Shown here one piece after another: positions 28,467 through 38,480 of a stretch of 64,000 nt of DNA. A model generated the notes under the pieces. The model worked only from the letters and a program-made list of their open reading frames with translations, was not told the origin of the DNA and searched no databases. Where the stretch lies: positions 16,913-80,912 of the forward strand of contig JADHWH010000001.1 of assembly GCA_016783555.1 (NCBI GenBank). The letters run 5' to 3'. A program made the translations under genes and the position numbers. Each line of letters opens with the position of its first letter. The stretch's first letter is position 1. Source of the DNA: Candidatus Omnitrophota bacterium. GTDB taxonomy: Bacteria > Omnitrophota > Gorgyraeia > JABMRJ01.

Positions 28467-29777
28467 CTAAGCAATCCTCTTAAAGCCGGAATGGCAGACA
28501 GGGCCTCTTAAGAGTCTCTCTTCTTTCTTATCCTTTATGGCCCTGGATAAGAAGAAGAAGGCCTTGTCCAACGCATCCATATATTTATCTATGGTCTTTT
28601 GTTTATGCGCATATGCAGCGTAAAATACCGTCGTTGCCAAAAATCCTTTTTCAAGCATGGCTTGTGTAAAGAGCGTCTTTAAGACCGCGCTCTTTTTATG
28701 ATTGAAGGTAAAGTGGCTTAACGGATATATTCCCGATACGGAGATATTTAGATTATGCCTCTTGGCAAGTTCTTTCCATCCGTCCTGAACCGCCTTTCCC
28801 GTCTTCGCGAGATGCGCCGGGACATTGTGTTCTCTTAACTTCTTTATGGTGGCCAGCGCCGCAACCGGACCTACCCTCTCAGTCCAGTAGGTACTGCTTA
28901 TGAACGTATCCTGCGCGATCTCCATGATATCCTTCCTTCCGATAATCGCCGCCATCGGGTATCCGTTACTCATGCCCTTGGCGAATACAGAGATATCCGG
29001 ATATACCTTAAATTTCAGGTGCGCCCCTCCGACATTGAACCGCCAGCCTGAGGTAATCTCGTCAAAGATAAGGACTATTCCTTCCTTCTTTGTAACTTCT
29101 CTTATGGTCTCAAGGAACCCCTTCGCCGGGTAGTAATTCCTGATCGGCTCCATGATAACCGCGGCGATATCCTTCTTGAACCTCTTTATGAGGCTTAAGA
29201 ATCTATCTCTATCGTTATATTCAAAAGGTATAGCCGTCTTTCTTAACCCCCTGGGCACGCCCCTGGGCTCCAACCCCGGCAAGAGATGCCCTTTTAATAC
29301 CCTTCTGTCTTTTAGGTTTGCGGCGAGATACCAATCGTGCCAGCCGTGATAGCCGCAAAATAAAATTTTATCCTTTTTCGTCTTCGCCCTCGCTATCCTT
29401 ACCGCTACCGCCACCGCCTCGCCGCCGGTCCGCGCAAAACGGACCATCCGGGCCCAGGGATGAATCCTGCAAAGCTCTTTTGCCAGCTCCACCTCTTCCG
29501 GGCAGTTCAAAGTAGACATGGTCCCTTTATCGATTGCGCTTTTTACCGCGTTATCCACATCTCTGTCGGCATAGCCCAATATACAAGAACCGACACCCAT
29601 ATGGCTGGTATCGATATACTTTCTCTTGTCTAAGTCCCACACAAGACAGCCCTTGGCCCCGCTGTAATAAGCCGGCCACAGACCCGGCAGGAACATCTCG
29701 GGCCTCTTGGAGAGAAGCTGTGTCCCGCCCGGTATGATCCTCTTTGCCTCTTTGTAAAGGTCCTGCGATATACCCAT
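28467..29777 (-). CDS. Class III PLP aminotransferase (GSA-aminomutase-like, glycan-cluster type)
   Basis: IPGGTQLLSKRPE, GYHGWHDW, FDEITSGWR, FAKGMSNG. Confidence 0.85.
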   Translation of the reverse strand: MGISQDLYKEAKRIIPGGTQLLSKRPEMFLPGLWPAYYSGAKGCLVWDLDKRKYIDTSHMGVGSCILGYADRDVDNAVKSAIDKGTMSTLNCPEEVELAKELCRIHPWARMVRFARTGGEAVAVAVRIARAKTKKDKILFCGYHGWHDWYLAANLKDRRVLKGHLLPGLEPRGVPRGLRKTAIPFEYNDRDRFLSLIKRFKKDIAAVIMEPIRNYYPAKGFLETIREVTKKEGIVLIFDEITSGWRFNVGGAHLKFKVYPDISVFAKGMSNGYPMAAIIGRKDIMEIAQDTFISSTYWTERVGPVAALATIKKLREHNVPAHLAKTGKAVQDGWKELAKRHNLNISVSGIYPLSHFTFNHKKSAVLKTLFTQAMLEKGFLATTVFYAAYAHKQKTIDKYMDALDKAFFFLSRAIKDKKEERLLRGPVCHSGFKRIA

Positions 29778-29778
29778 C

Positions 29779-31455
29779 TTATGACTCTTCCCCTCTTTTT
29801 ATATCGACGATTTTGTCTTCCTTTAGTGATTTTAAATAGCCTTCGTTTACCAAATACCCTTTGTTAATCTCTTCCACATCAGGGTTTAACTCAAGAAACC
29901 TGATTATATCTTCCATATGAAAATCCGGCTTCTTAGGGTATAAGGCCTCCAATACAGCCTTCATAAACTCAAAGTCCTCATGTCTATCTAAAGACCATCT
30001 CTTCTCACTCAAGTTCTTATCCTGCTTAAAGTGAAATACCTCAAAGTCATCTTTATTATTCATCACGTATGGAGTGACGTGCTCCCTCTCGGACTGAAGG
30101 CGGGCATTCTCCCATGCCCTTTTTAATGTATTGAAGCTAAAGACCTCTACATCCTGGCCGTCCGGATAGGTCCTCTCCCAGACATTGGAACAGTAATCCG
30201 CCCCCGAATTGAAGTATCTGTTCACTACCGCGTCTATGATCCAGGGATCGATCAAGGGGCTGTCAGCGGTTATCCGCACGATATGGCGTATATCATATGC
30301 CTTTGCCGCTTGATAGAATCTGTCCAATACGTCTTCTTCTGAACCGCGAAATACCTTGACTCCTTTTTTTTCCATTAAACTGACTATCTCTTTATCTTCA
30401 TCCTTAGTTGTGGTGGCGACTATCACATCGTCTATAGATTCTGATCTCTTGACGCGCTCGAGGACGTGCTCTAATATGGTCTTATCGAGTATCTTAAGGA
30501 GCACCTTGCCAGGCAGTCTCGTCGCGCCCATCCTGGCCTGTATAATAACGCCTGCCTTAAGCCTCTTCTTCCAATTTACAGGACATACTATCTCCTCATC
30601 ATCAAGCCTGAACGAGTCTGATTCCAGTTCACCGTATATCTTTCTCACATCATCCAAATAATCTAATGAATCTATATTATCTTTAAGCTGTTTTAGGGAA
30701 TCGACTCCTATAACCACCTTGTCAATTGAATCATTGAGCATGGCAAAACAGAGACAGAGCGCATTCTGCGGGATATTGTATTCTTTCGAAATCCTATCAA
30801 CTTTATCTAAATAACCCATTGCCTCGTTAAGATCCCTTCCTATTCTATTTTTTCTTTCAAAGAAGAGGCCCTGTAAGAAGACAGAGCGCGCATGTATCTC
30901 TATGCCTCTCTCTTTTAAATATAAAAAGTGGTCCTTAAATCTCTGGTCAAGGATATTATAGGGTACTTGAATGATATCAATCCCGATTTCACTGTCGATT
31001 AAATATTTTAACTCTTCCATTAAGGAGAGAGAGGCCCCTATCTTCTTTGTCATGCCGGCCTCTTTTAATGACTCCATCCCGCTCCATAAGCTGATTCCGG
31101 GCAAGCGTATATCCTCAAAATTGTGGACCAGGTATCCATAAATACTACTCTGCCCGAGCCTCTTAAGTGTCTCGGAAGAGCTATCTCGTACCTTCCCGAC
31201 ATCTCTATAAAAGTGCGGGGTCTTAGAGACAATTTTAAAACTCTTGTCTGTCTCTCTTATAAATTCACCTATCAATCTTTCGCTGTCGCCGTAGAGGCAG
31301 GCTGTATCCAGCATATCTATGCCTGCGTTAGCGGCATATTCCAGGATTTTGAATACCTCATCTTTAGGGATTTTGCCTCTCTTATTGGCTATCCCGTAAT
31401 CCAGGCCGAACTGGGCCGTCCCAAGACATAATCTTTTTATGAAGTTCTTCTTCAT
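29779..31455 (-). CDS. Aldo/keto reductase fused to SpsF-type cytidylyltransferase
   Basis: LGTAQFGLDYG, LDTA..YG.SE, RSVFLQG; then IIQARMGATRLPGKVL, RGSEEDVLDRF, VRITADSP. Confidence 0.85.
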   Translation of the reverse strand: MKKNFIKRLCLGTAQFGLDYGIANKRGKIPKDEVFKILEYAANAGIDMLDTACLYGDSERLIGEFIRETDKSFKIVSKTPHFYRDVGKVRDSSSETLKRLGQSSIYGYLVHNFEDIRLPGISLWSGMESLKEAGMTKKIGASLSLMEELKYLIDSEIGIDIIQVPYNILDQRFKDHFLYLKERGIEIHARSVFLQGLFFERKNRIGRDLNEAMGYLDKVDRISKEYNIPQNALCLCFAMLNDSIDKVVIGVDSLKQLKDNIDSLDYLDDVRKIYGELESDSFRLDDEEIVCPVNWKKRLKAGVIIQARMGATRLPGKVLLKILDKTILEHVLERVKRSESIDDVIVATTTKDEDKEIVSLMEKKGVKVFRGSEEDVLDRFYQAAKAYDIRHIVRITADSPLIDPWIIDAVVNRYFNSGADYCSNVWERTYPDGQDVEVFSFNTLKRAWENARLQSEREHVTPYVMNNKDDFEVFHFKQDKNLSEKRWSLDRHEDFEFMKAVLEALYPKKPDFHMEDIIRFLELNPDVEEINKGYLVNEGYLKSLKEDKIVDIKRGEES

Positions 31456-31458
31456 ATT

Positions 31459-32601
31459 CTAAAAAAACTCCTCGATTCCCTTTATGACTTTCAACTGATC
31501 AGGCTTAGATAATCCTGCATACAAGGGGAGGCTCAGACACTCTTTAAAATATCTCTCCGCGACAGGGAAATCATTCCATCTATATCCAAACGTCTTTTTA
31601 TAATATGAAAGCAGGTGTACGGGTATATAGTTTACCTGGGTAGATATCCCTTTTTCTTTAAGGTAATTATAAAGCCTGTCGCGTCTCTTCCGGGGCACGC
31701 GTATAACGTAGAGGTGGTAGGAGGCGCGGGTATCATCTCTCTCTGAGGGCAGCCTTATAGCTTCTATCTTGGACAAACGATTATTATACGTAGAAACAAG
31801 ACGCCTTCTCTCTCTTACCATTTTATTCAATTTCTTTAGCTGAGATATCCCTAACGCGCTTTGAAAATCCGTAATGCGGTAATTGAAACCTATCTGCGGT
31901 ATATCATATGACCAAAACCCTTTTTCTTTCTTTACTATGCCGTGGTGCCTGAGCTTCAGCGCAGATTTATAGATATTCCTGTCATTGGTCAGTATCGCCC
32001 CGCCCTCGCCTGTCGTTATGTGCTTTATCGGATGAAAGCTAAAGATAGTTATGTCCGAGTGCCTTGAGCTCCCGACCTTTGCCCATCTCTCTCTAATCCT
32101 ATACTCGGCGCCGAGCGCATGGGCGGCGTCCTCCACAACCTTTATCCCGTAGCCCGCGCATACCTTTTTTATCTCTACGATATCGGCTACGGTCCCCATA
32201 AAATGAACAGGGACAACCGCCTTTACCTTTCTTCTCTGCGAGGGAACTTTTAAGAAATCTTTTAACCTTTCTGTATCCATGTGATAAGTCTTATCGTCTA
32301 TATCCACAAACGAAGGCCTCGCGTTTACGTAAAGGGCGCAGTTCGCGCTCGCGGAAAAAGTAATAGGCGACGTTATAACTCTGTCGCCTTCTGTTACATT
32401 AAGCGCCAACATCGATAGGTGAAGCGCCGACGTCCCGCTCGATACGGCCACTGCGTATCTCGCCCCGGTATATTCGGCCAGGGCCTCTTCGAACTCCCTT
32501 ATCTTCGGGCCTTGAGTAAGCCAGTCGGATCTCAGCGCCCTGACTACTCCTCTTACATCATCATCTGTAATATACTGATGGCTATACGGTACGGTCTTCA
32601 T
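31459..32601 (-). CDS. pseC: UDP-4-amino-4,6-dideoxy-N-acetyl-L-altrosamine transaminase
   Basis: PYSHQYI, SDWLTQGP, SFHPIKHITTGEGG. Confidence 0.92.
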   Translation of the reverse strand: MKTVPYSHQYITDDDVRGVVRALRSDWLTQGPKIREFEEALAEYTGARYAVAVSSGTSALHLSMLALNVTEGDRVITSPITFSASANCALYVNARPSFVDIDDKTYHMDTERLKDFLKVPSQRRKVKAVVPVHFMGTVADIVEIKKVCAGYGIKVVEDAAHALGAEYRIRERWAKVGSSRHSDITIFSFHPIKHITTGEGGAILTNDRNIYKSALKLRHHGIVKKEKGFWSYDIPQIGFNYRITDFQSALGISQLKKLNKMVRERRRLVSTYNNRLSKIEAIRLPSERDDTRASYHLYVIRVPRKRRDRLYNYLKEKGISTQVNYIPVHLLSYYKKTFGYRWNDFPVAERYFKECLSLPLYAGLSKPDQLKVIKGIEEFF

Positions 32602-32612
32602 CGCCCCTCAAT

Positions 32613-33596
32613 CTATAAATTTTCTACCATCTTCTGCAGCGTCTCCTGCGTCAACCATTTGTCATTCTTATCGCTCTTATAGATAAACCCTTCAGGCACG
32701 GGTTTACATCCTTCATATTTTTTATGGATCTCATGCCTTTCGAAAAATTGAGGCAGTATCACATATATCCCGTTAAATAACTTCGTCTTTCTCGCTTCAT
32801 CCTCGGAGATGAGGCTCTCGTGCAGCTTCTCGCCCGGCCTTATGCCGATAATCTTAAATTTGCATTCCGGTTCAATGGCCCGGGCCAGGTCCGTCAATTT
32901 CATGGACGGTATATGCGGGACAAATATCTCGCCGCCCTCCGCTTCCCGCAGGGCCTTTATGACAAGCTCTACGCTCTCATCCAATGTCATCCAGAAACGC
33001 GTCATCCTCTCATCTGTAAGCGGGAACTCTTTTATTCTCTTTTCTTTCAGATTGAGGAAGTGCTCTATCACGCTGCCCCTGGATGCGACCACATTGCCGT
33101 AACGGACAACCGAGAATTTAACCCTATTCCCCCCATACGCATTTGCGTCTATGAAGATCTTCTCCGCCACAAGCTTTGTAGCGCCGTATAGATTTATGGG
33201 GCTTACCGCCTTGTCGCTTGAGAGCGCTATTACCTTTTCGACTCCTCTATCAAGGGCCGCCTCTACTATGTTATTAGCGCCTAAAATATTAGTCTTAACG
33301 GCTTCTATTGGGTTATATTCAAGGGCGGGGACCTGTTTTAGGGCGGCTGCGTGTATTACATAATCGACGTTCTGAAATGCCCTCATGAGCCTCGCCTTAT
33401 CCCTTATATCGCCTATAAAGAACCTTATGTTGAAATCCATCTTAGACGATTCCACCTTCATCTGGTGCTGTTTAAATTCATCCCGGCTGAAGATTATAAG
33501 CTTATCGGGCTTATAATTCTTTAGGGCTATCTCGGTGAACTTCTTCCCGAAGGAGCCTGTCCCCCCTGTTATCAGAATGGTCTTTTTGTTCAACAT
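32613..33596 (-). CDS. pseB: UDP-GlcNAc 4,6-dehydratase (inverting)
   Basis: ITGGTGSFG, SRDEFKQ, HAAALKQVPALEYNP, RYGNV..SRGSV, MTRFW. Confidence 0.95.
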   Translation of the reverse strand: MLNKKTILITGGTGSFGKKFTEIALKNYKPDKLIIFSRDEFKQHQMKVESSKMDFNIRFFIGDIRDKARLMRAFQNVDYVIHAAALKQVPALEYNPIEAVKTNILGANNIVEAALDRGVEKVIALSSDKAVSPINLYGATKLVAEKIFIDANAYGGNRVKFSVVRYGNVVASRGSVIEHFLNLKEKRIKEFPLTDERMTRFWMTLDESVELVIKALREAEGGEIFVPHIPSMKLTDLARAIEPECKFKIIGIRPGEKLHESLISEDEARKTKLFNGIYVILPQFFERHEIHKKYEGCKPVPEGFIYKSDKNDKWLTQETLQKMVENL

Positions 33597-33924
33597 TATT
33601 CGCCTCCTGAATCTTTTCGTATTCCCTCTTTAGTGCTTCAAATTGTCTCTCTTTTACCTTTAAGAAATGGTATGTGAGATTCATCTTCTCACTAAGCCCT
33701 TTTTGGGTTAAGAGATACTTTACCTTTTTGGCCTTTCCCGGGTTTTTGGAAAAACTGGCTATCTTTATGATGCCCTTCTTGGCGAGTTCTTTTAGGAGGT
33801 AATTGGTCTTTCCAAGAGAGATATCAAGCTTCTTGGAGAGTACGCGCTGGTTTAAGGAAGGGTTATCTCCTACTTCCCTTATTATATTAAGCGTATCTTC
33901 TTTTAGTAAGTCATGTTCATCCAT
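33511..33924 (-). CDS. MarR-family EPS-associated transcriptional regulator
   Basis: NQRVLSKKLDISLGKTNYLLKEL...YLLTQKG..EK..LT..FL; first gene of the glycan operon. Confidence 0.88.
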   Translation of the reverse strand: MDEHDLLKEDTLNIIREVGDNPSLNQRVLSKKLDISLGKTNYLLKELAKKGIIKIASFSKNPGKAKKVKYLLTQKGLSEKMNLTYHFLKVKERQFEALKREYEKIQEANNVEQKDHSDNRGDRLLREEVHRDSPKEL

Positions 33925-33961
33925 TGAACAATATTTTAGCTCAACGGTTGAACATTGTCAA
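33914..33961 (-). promoter_or_regulatory. Sigma70 promoter of the glycan operon with two palindromic operators
   Basis: TTGACA (33961-33956), 17 nt, TAAAAT (33938-33933); TGTTCA-N5-TGAACA at 33914-33930 and GCTCA-N5-TGAAC at 33939-33953. Confidence 0.75.
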
Positions 33962-34082
33962 GGAATAATTATATTATGATTAAAAGGCTGGCTTTTGATA
34001 ATGCTTTATGATAATGGCGGGCAATCAGAGACTCAGAGGCAGTAGGAATGCTGCACCATAAGCATCTGGCTCATTACCCCAT

Positions 34083-35531
34083 CTATTCTAAGGTAATGGA
34101 ATACTCTACCTTCTTTTCAATCTTCTCTCTCTTCTTCGGACATTCGCCGGTCCAGCAATATAGGCAGAGCCTCTCTTTCGGCAGCCCGATGGCCTTGACC
34201 ATATCGTCTACGGTTTGATATCGGAGGCTCGTAATCTCCAAGTCCTTCGCAATCCACTCAACCATCTTCTTATATTTCTCTGAATTATTATCAAGATACT
34301 CATCCACATTATCAAGATCATGCCCCTCTAAACCACGGATCGCCCTTCGCGCTGCGAGTTCATGTATGGAACGTGTCGAGAGATTGAACCTGCACGGAAA
34401 CATAAGAGGCGGGCAGGCCGGCCGTATATGAATCTCCTGTGCGCCGTTATCCCATAGCTTCTTTATAGTAAAGTTCTTAAGCTGGGTCCCCCTTACTATG
34501 GAATCTTCGCATATGACTATCCTGTTATTCTTGATTATATCCTCAATAGGCACCAACTTCATCTTGGCTATTAAATCACGTGTCTCCTGAGACGGAGGGG
34601 TGTAACTCCTGCCGTATCCGGGCGTGTATTTAACGAGCGGGCGCCTATAAGGTTTCTTCGACTCCATCGCATAACCGATAGCATGCGCAGTCCCTGAATC
34701 CGGAACTCCAGAGACCACATCCACGTCTATATCCTTATCGCGTCTTGCCAGAGATCTGCCGCATCTCTCTCTTACCATCTCGACATTTATGCCTTCGTAA
34801 GTGGATGCGGGAAAACCCGCGTATATCCAGAGGAACGCGCATATCTGGTTTATATCGCCGCCCGGTCTTTTTTGCGACATGCCTTTTTCATTCACCAATA
34901 TTATCTCGCCGGGCTCCAGATATTTGATTATCTTAAAGTCGCTGTTCGGAAAGGCGCAGGTCTCAGAGGTCATAGCGATAGAATCGGGCCTCTGTCCTAT
35001 AGCAAGAGGGGTGTAGCCGAACCTGTCTCTTGCGGCATAGATCCCGTCCTTGGTCAGTAAGAGCAGTGAACATGAACCGTCGATGGCATCGAACATCTTC
35101 TCTATGCCGTCAATGAGATCGTCGCCCTGGCTTATCAATTTGGCTATTAATTCTGTCGCATTGGTCTTTCCTCTGCTTACCTCGCTAAAGGATATCCCCT
35201 TTTTGCGCAACTCTTCCGCGAGCTCTTCGGTATTCTCTAAAAGTCCGTTGGTAACTATAGAGAAAGACCCTAATCTGGAGTTTAAATATATAGGCTGCTC
35301 ATCGAAGGCGCTTATAACGCCTATTCCTTTATTGCCCTTCATTCGCCTGCAGTCCTCGTAGAATTTGGATTTAAACTGTGTCTGTGATATATCGTGTATC
35401 TGGCGCTGGAGGGCCGCGCCGAGAACCGCTATGCCGCCGAATTCGGTCCCGAGATGCGAATGATAATCTGTGCCGTAAAAAAGCGTGTCTACGCAGTCAT
35501 TCTTTGATACAACGCCAAAAATTCCGCTCAT
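34083..35531 (-). CDS. purF: Amidophosphoribosyltransferase family (variant lacking N-terminal Cys)
   Basis: GVPDSG, EDSIVRGT PRPP loop, ACPP..FPC and CLYCWTG Fe-S cysteines; N-terminus MSGIFG. Confidence 0.85.
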   Translation of the reverse strand: MSGIFGVVSKNDCVDTLFYGTDYHSHLGTEFGGIAVLGAALQRQIHDISQTQFKSKFYEDCRRMKGNKGIGVISAFDEQPIYLNSRLGSFSIVTNGLLENTEELAEELRKKGISFSEVSRGKTNATELIAKLISQGDDLIDGIEKMFDAIDGSCSLLLLTKDGIYAARDRFGYTPLAIGQRPDSIAMTSETCAFPNSDFKIIKYLEPGEIILVNEKGMSQKRPGGDINQICAFLWIYAGFPASTYEGINVEMVRERCGRSLARRDKDIDVDVVSGVPDSGTAHAIGYAMESKKPYRRPLVKYTPGYGRSYTPPSQETRDLIAKMKLVPIEDIIKNNRIVICEDSIVRGTQLKNFTIKKLWDNGAQEIHIRPACPPLMFPCRFNLSTRSIHELAARRAIRGLEGHDLDNVDEYLDNNSEKYKKMVEWIAKDLEITSLRYQTVDDMVKAIGLPKERLCLYCWTGECPKKREKIEKKVEYSITLE

Positions 35532-35598
35532 CCCTTACCTCCTGTTTCGACTGTAATATTATACACCTAAAGCCGAAATTTTCAAAGAGATTCCCATG

Positions 35599-36516
35599 TT
35601 ATATATAGAAGCCATAGAGAGTTAAAGAGGCCTTTTCGATCTCCGCGGGCCTTCTCTTTGTGAAGAAGTGGCTCTTCCATAAAGTGCCGGTATAGTTTCT
35701 ATATCTGTTAGACTCATCAAGATACGGTAAAGTCAGGGGCCTGTCTTCTCTGACGAATCCCGCGTTTGTTATAAGATAGGCGTCATAACCGTATCTTCTC
35801 ATTAAATTATAAATCTTCCCCTTCTCTTTGTCGTTTAATGTTATCTCCATTATAAAATCGATATTTCTTCTCTTCAACACAGAGGGTGAAGCCTCTAAGA
35901 TGTCCGATTCGCTTCCTTCGCAGTCCAGTTTTATCAAGGTGTTGCTGCTATCGCCTCCGACTACGTCCTCTAGTGTAATCGTCTCGACCGTCATCGTCTT
36001 ATACGGCAGATTATTGTAAATTCCGCCTGTGCCTTTGAATGAATTAATAAGAGAGGCGGATGAAGAGAACTTAGAGCTATTTCTTGCGGTAGGGTAGTAC
36101 ATGGTAACTTCCTTGCCCCCGGCTCTGTCTAGCGCCTTGCCGATTAATTTAAAATCCAAATTATTAATCTTCTTTATCTTCTTGATATACTCCACATTGG
36201 CAGGGAAAGGCTCTACGGCTATAATCTCCACACTGCCCTCAAAGGTTATCGAGGCCAGGATCGAGTAAAATCCTATATTCGCGCCTGTGTCAATGAATCT
36301 GTCGATATGCCAGGGGTATTTCTCAACCAGGGTAACTACCTCGCCCTCAAAGGCCTTGTATCCGCCAAAGGCTATCTCCCTTAAAAGATTTGACTTAGCG
36401 ATATCGGTAAACAGCACACCTCTATCCTTTATCTTTATCCTCTTCTTATTAAGGACCTTGCAGTCTATCAACCTCATCATCAACTTCTTTTTAAGCAAAG
36501 ACGAAATCCTACTCAT
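35599..36516 (-). CDS. FkbM family methyltransferase
   Basis: DTGANIGFYS, AVEP, IKLDCEGSE. Confidence 0.85.
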   Translation of the reverse strand: MSRISSLLKKKLMMRLIDCKVLNKKRIKIKDRGVLFTDIAKSNLLREIAFGGYKAFEGEVVTLVEKYPWHIDRFIDTGANIGFYSILASITFEGSVEIIAVEPFPANVEYIKKIKKINNLDFKLIGKALDRAGGKEVTMYYPTARNSSKFSSSASLINSFKGTGGIYNNLPYKTMTVETITLEDVVGGDSSNTLIKLDCEGSESDILEASPSVLKRRNIDFIMEITLNDKEKGKIYNLMRRYGYDAYLITNAGFVREDRPLTLPYLDESNRYRNYTGTLWKSHFFTKRRPAEIEKASLTLYGFYI

Positions 36517-36534
36517 ATTTACTCCCGTCCTTAA

Positions 36535-37683
36535 TCACAACCATATGTTTTCCTCTATTTGGGAACGATAAAACTCGGTCTTTTCGAATTCCCTGATCCG
36601 CAGACACGCATCAATTAAATAGGCCAAAATAACCCGACGTCGTCTTGCGTCAGGAAATCCTCTAAATTTTAATAGTCGCTCATATTCTAAAATTGATTTT
36701 TTATAGTCGCCCATATCCCAGAAAGCCTGTCCCATAAAAAAGATCTCTTCTGTCTTTAAAAACTTATCCTCTATTGCGTCTATATTAACGCTATATTCAC
36801 TTATGGCGTCTTTGTATCTAAAAGAGAGGTGCTTGAATCTCGCCTTTGTATAAGGATCTGTATTATCCAATTTAAAATATAACTCTTGGAACAAAATTAA
36901 GAATCCATCGCCCAAGGTATTATAATATAAATCCATAATCCTTGATAGCGCAAATCTCTTCCTGTCTTGTTTATAATTTACTCTGAAAAACTTAGGCTCA
37001 TATGCGGGTTCGTATAATCTAAGGTATATATCTTCGAAAATATCGAGATCCGCCGACTTCTCTTTTGGAAGCTTGTTCCATTCTATGTATGAGGACTTGA
37101 TCTTTTCAACCCTATTAAGCGCCCCCATCGCCTTTTGGTTTCTCATAGGAGAGAATTCTCCGCCTCTATTTTGCATATCTCTGAAACCGGCCATATTATC
37201 TTCCTTATCGACGAAAACCGAACCTATAAACGGATCGAAAATTCTAAATCTGCCGTCAATATACAGATCGCATACGCTATGATGTGATACCGAGTCATAT
37301 CCATATAAGAATATAAGTCGCCCTTTGATATTAGCTTTTCGCGCTAATGTTATCAATGTATTTGCCATCTGGTCACACGAACCCATCCCTCTGATTAAAT
37401 CATTTAATGGATGTTTATCGATAACGCGAGAACCTACTGGGTGAGGTAATACGTGGGCCTCTACGAAATCCATCAGTATTAATGCCTTTTCTCTATCTCG
37501 CTTCACTCCTTCCGTTAATTTTGATACTATGACCTCATATACTAATTCTCTATGGATATAATCCCGAAAACGGTCGGGGCCTAATAACATAAGAAACGGC
37601 GCAAGGATAAAGATTACAAACAAAACCATAAGCGCTACGCACAAAATTCTGATCTTTTTCTTCAAACCTAGCTCCCCAACCAT
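36535..37683 (-). CDS. Membrane-anchored transglutaminase-like protein with C-terminal TPR-like helices
   Basis: N-terminal TM; GSCDQ...H...FDP Cys-His-Asp pattern. Confidence 0.6.
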   Translation of the reverse strand: MVGELGLKKKIRILCVALMVLFVIFILAPFLMLLGPDRFRDYIHRELVYEVIVSKLTEGVKRDREKALILMDFVEAHVLPHPVGSRVIDKHPLNDLIRGMGSCDQMANTLITLARKANIKGRLIFLYGYDSVSHHSVCDLYIDGRFRIFDPFIGSVFVDKEDNMAGFRDMQNRGGEFSPMRNQKAMGALNRVEKIKSSYIEWNKLPKEKSADLDIFEDIYLRLYEPAYEPKFFRVNYKQDRKRFALSRIMDLYYNTLGDGFLILFQELYFKLDNTDPYTKARFKHLSFRYKDAISEYSVNIDAIEDKFLKTEEIFFMGQAFWDMGDYKKSILEYERLLKFRGFPDARRRRVILAYLIDACLRIREFEKTEFYRSQIEENIWL

Positions 37684-38462
37684 CTCTTCTTTAATTTTTC
37701 TAACGGCCTATAGACTATTCTTTTGGCTTTATCATATCTGATATTGGTTAATATCTTTAAGCCTCGCCTTATAGATTTTAATAAAACCAAGGCCTTATTA
37801 CCATAATATACTTCTCTATATCGGGATTTATCAATGCCTCGAATATCCTTTTGAATCCCCTCCCATATAGAATCCGGAGTATCCCCGGTCTGTTCGCCAA
37901 CGGCAATCTTCCTTAGCATCAACGCCCGAAACCTATGTTGGGGGTAACCCAAAGAGAAAGAGCGGGTTGCGCTCAATAAGGCGGCCTTCGATGCATAATA
38001 ATCGATATGTGATTTGTGTCCTTCACAGGCCCTACCGGCCAGAATATTAATCACCAGTTTTGGGTTATCTCCCACCGCTAAAAAACTTTTTATACAATAA
38101 ATAGGCGCCATTGCATTGACTTTAAAAACATCGGCTATGCTGGAATCTACGGATTCTTTTATAAAATCTTTTAACCCGGACTGCATAAAAGCCGCATTAT
38201 TTATTAGGACATCCAATCTTCCTAATCTTTGATACGCTAAATTTACAGCCTGCTTGATACTCTCCGGTTCTTTTAAGTCGACATCAACCACAAGGCCTTT
38301 ATCAAGTCCGATGTCAGAAAAAATTTCTGTCTGCGATGTAAAAATAACCGGATAAATATTTTCATCTATCAGGGCATTTTTTACAAAGACCCTGCCTACC
38401 CTGCCTCCTGCGCCTGTTATTATAACTTTTTTTCTGTTAGCGATCTCTATATTAGCGGCCAT
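37668..38462 (-). CDS. SDR family oxidoreductase
   Basis: ITGAGGRVG, LINNAA, YYASK. Confidence 0.85.
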   Translation of the reverse strand: MAANIEIANRKKVIITGAGGRVGRVFVKNALIDENIYPVIFTSQTEIFSDIGLDKGLVVDVDLKEPESIKQAVNLAYQRLGRLDVLINNAAFMQSGLKDFIKESVDSSIADVFKVNAMAPIYCIKSFLAVGDNPKLVINILAGRACEGHKSHIDYYASKAALLSATRSFSLGYPQHRFRALMLRKIAVGEQTGDTPDSIWEGIQKDIRGIDKSRYREVYYGNKALVLLKSIRRGLKILTNIRYDKAKRIVYRPLEKLKKRWLGS

Positions 38463-38480
38463 CTTATCTCTTTAATCTTT

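Noticed and set aside
33511-33596. 86-nt overlap of the MarR gene with pseB as a dual-coding feature
   Set aside because: More simply a lost stop codon giving a non-conserved tail
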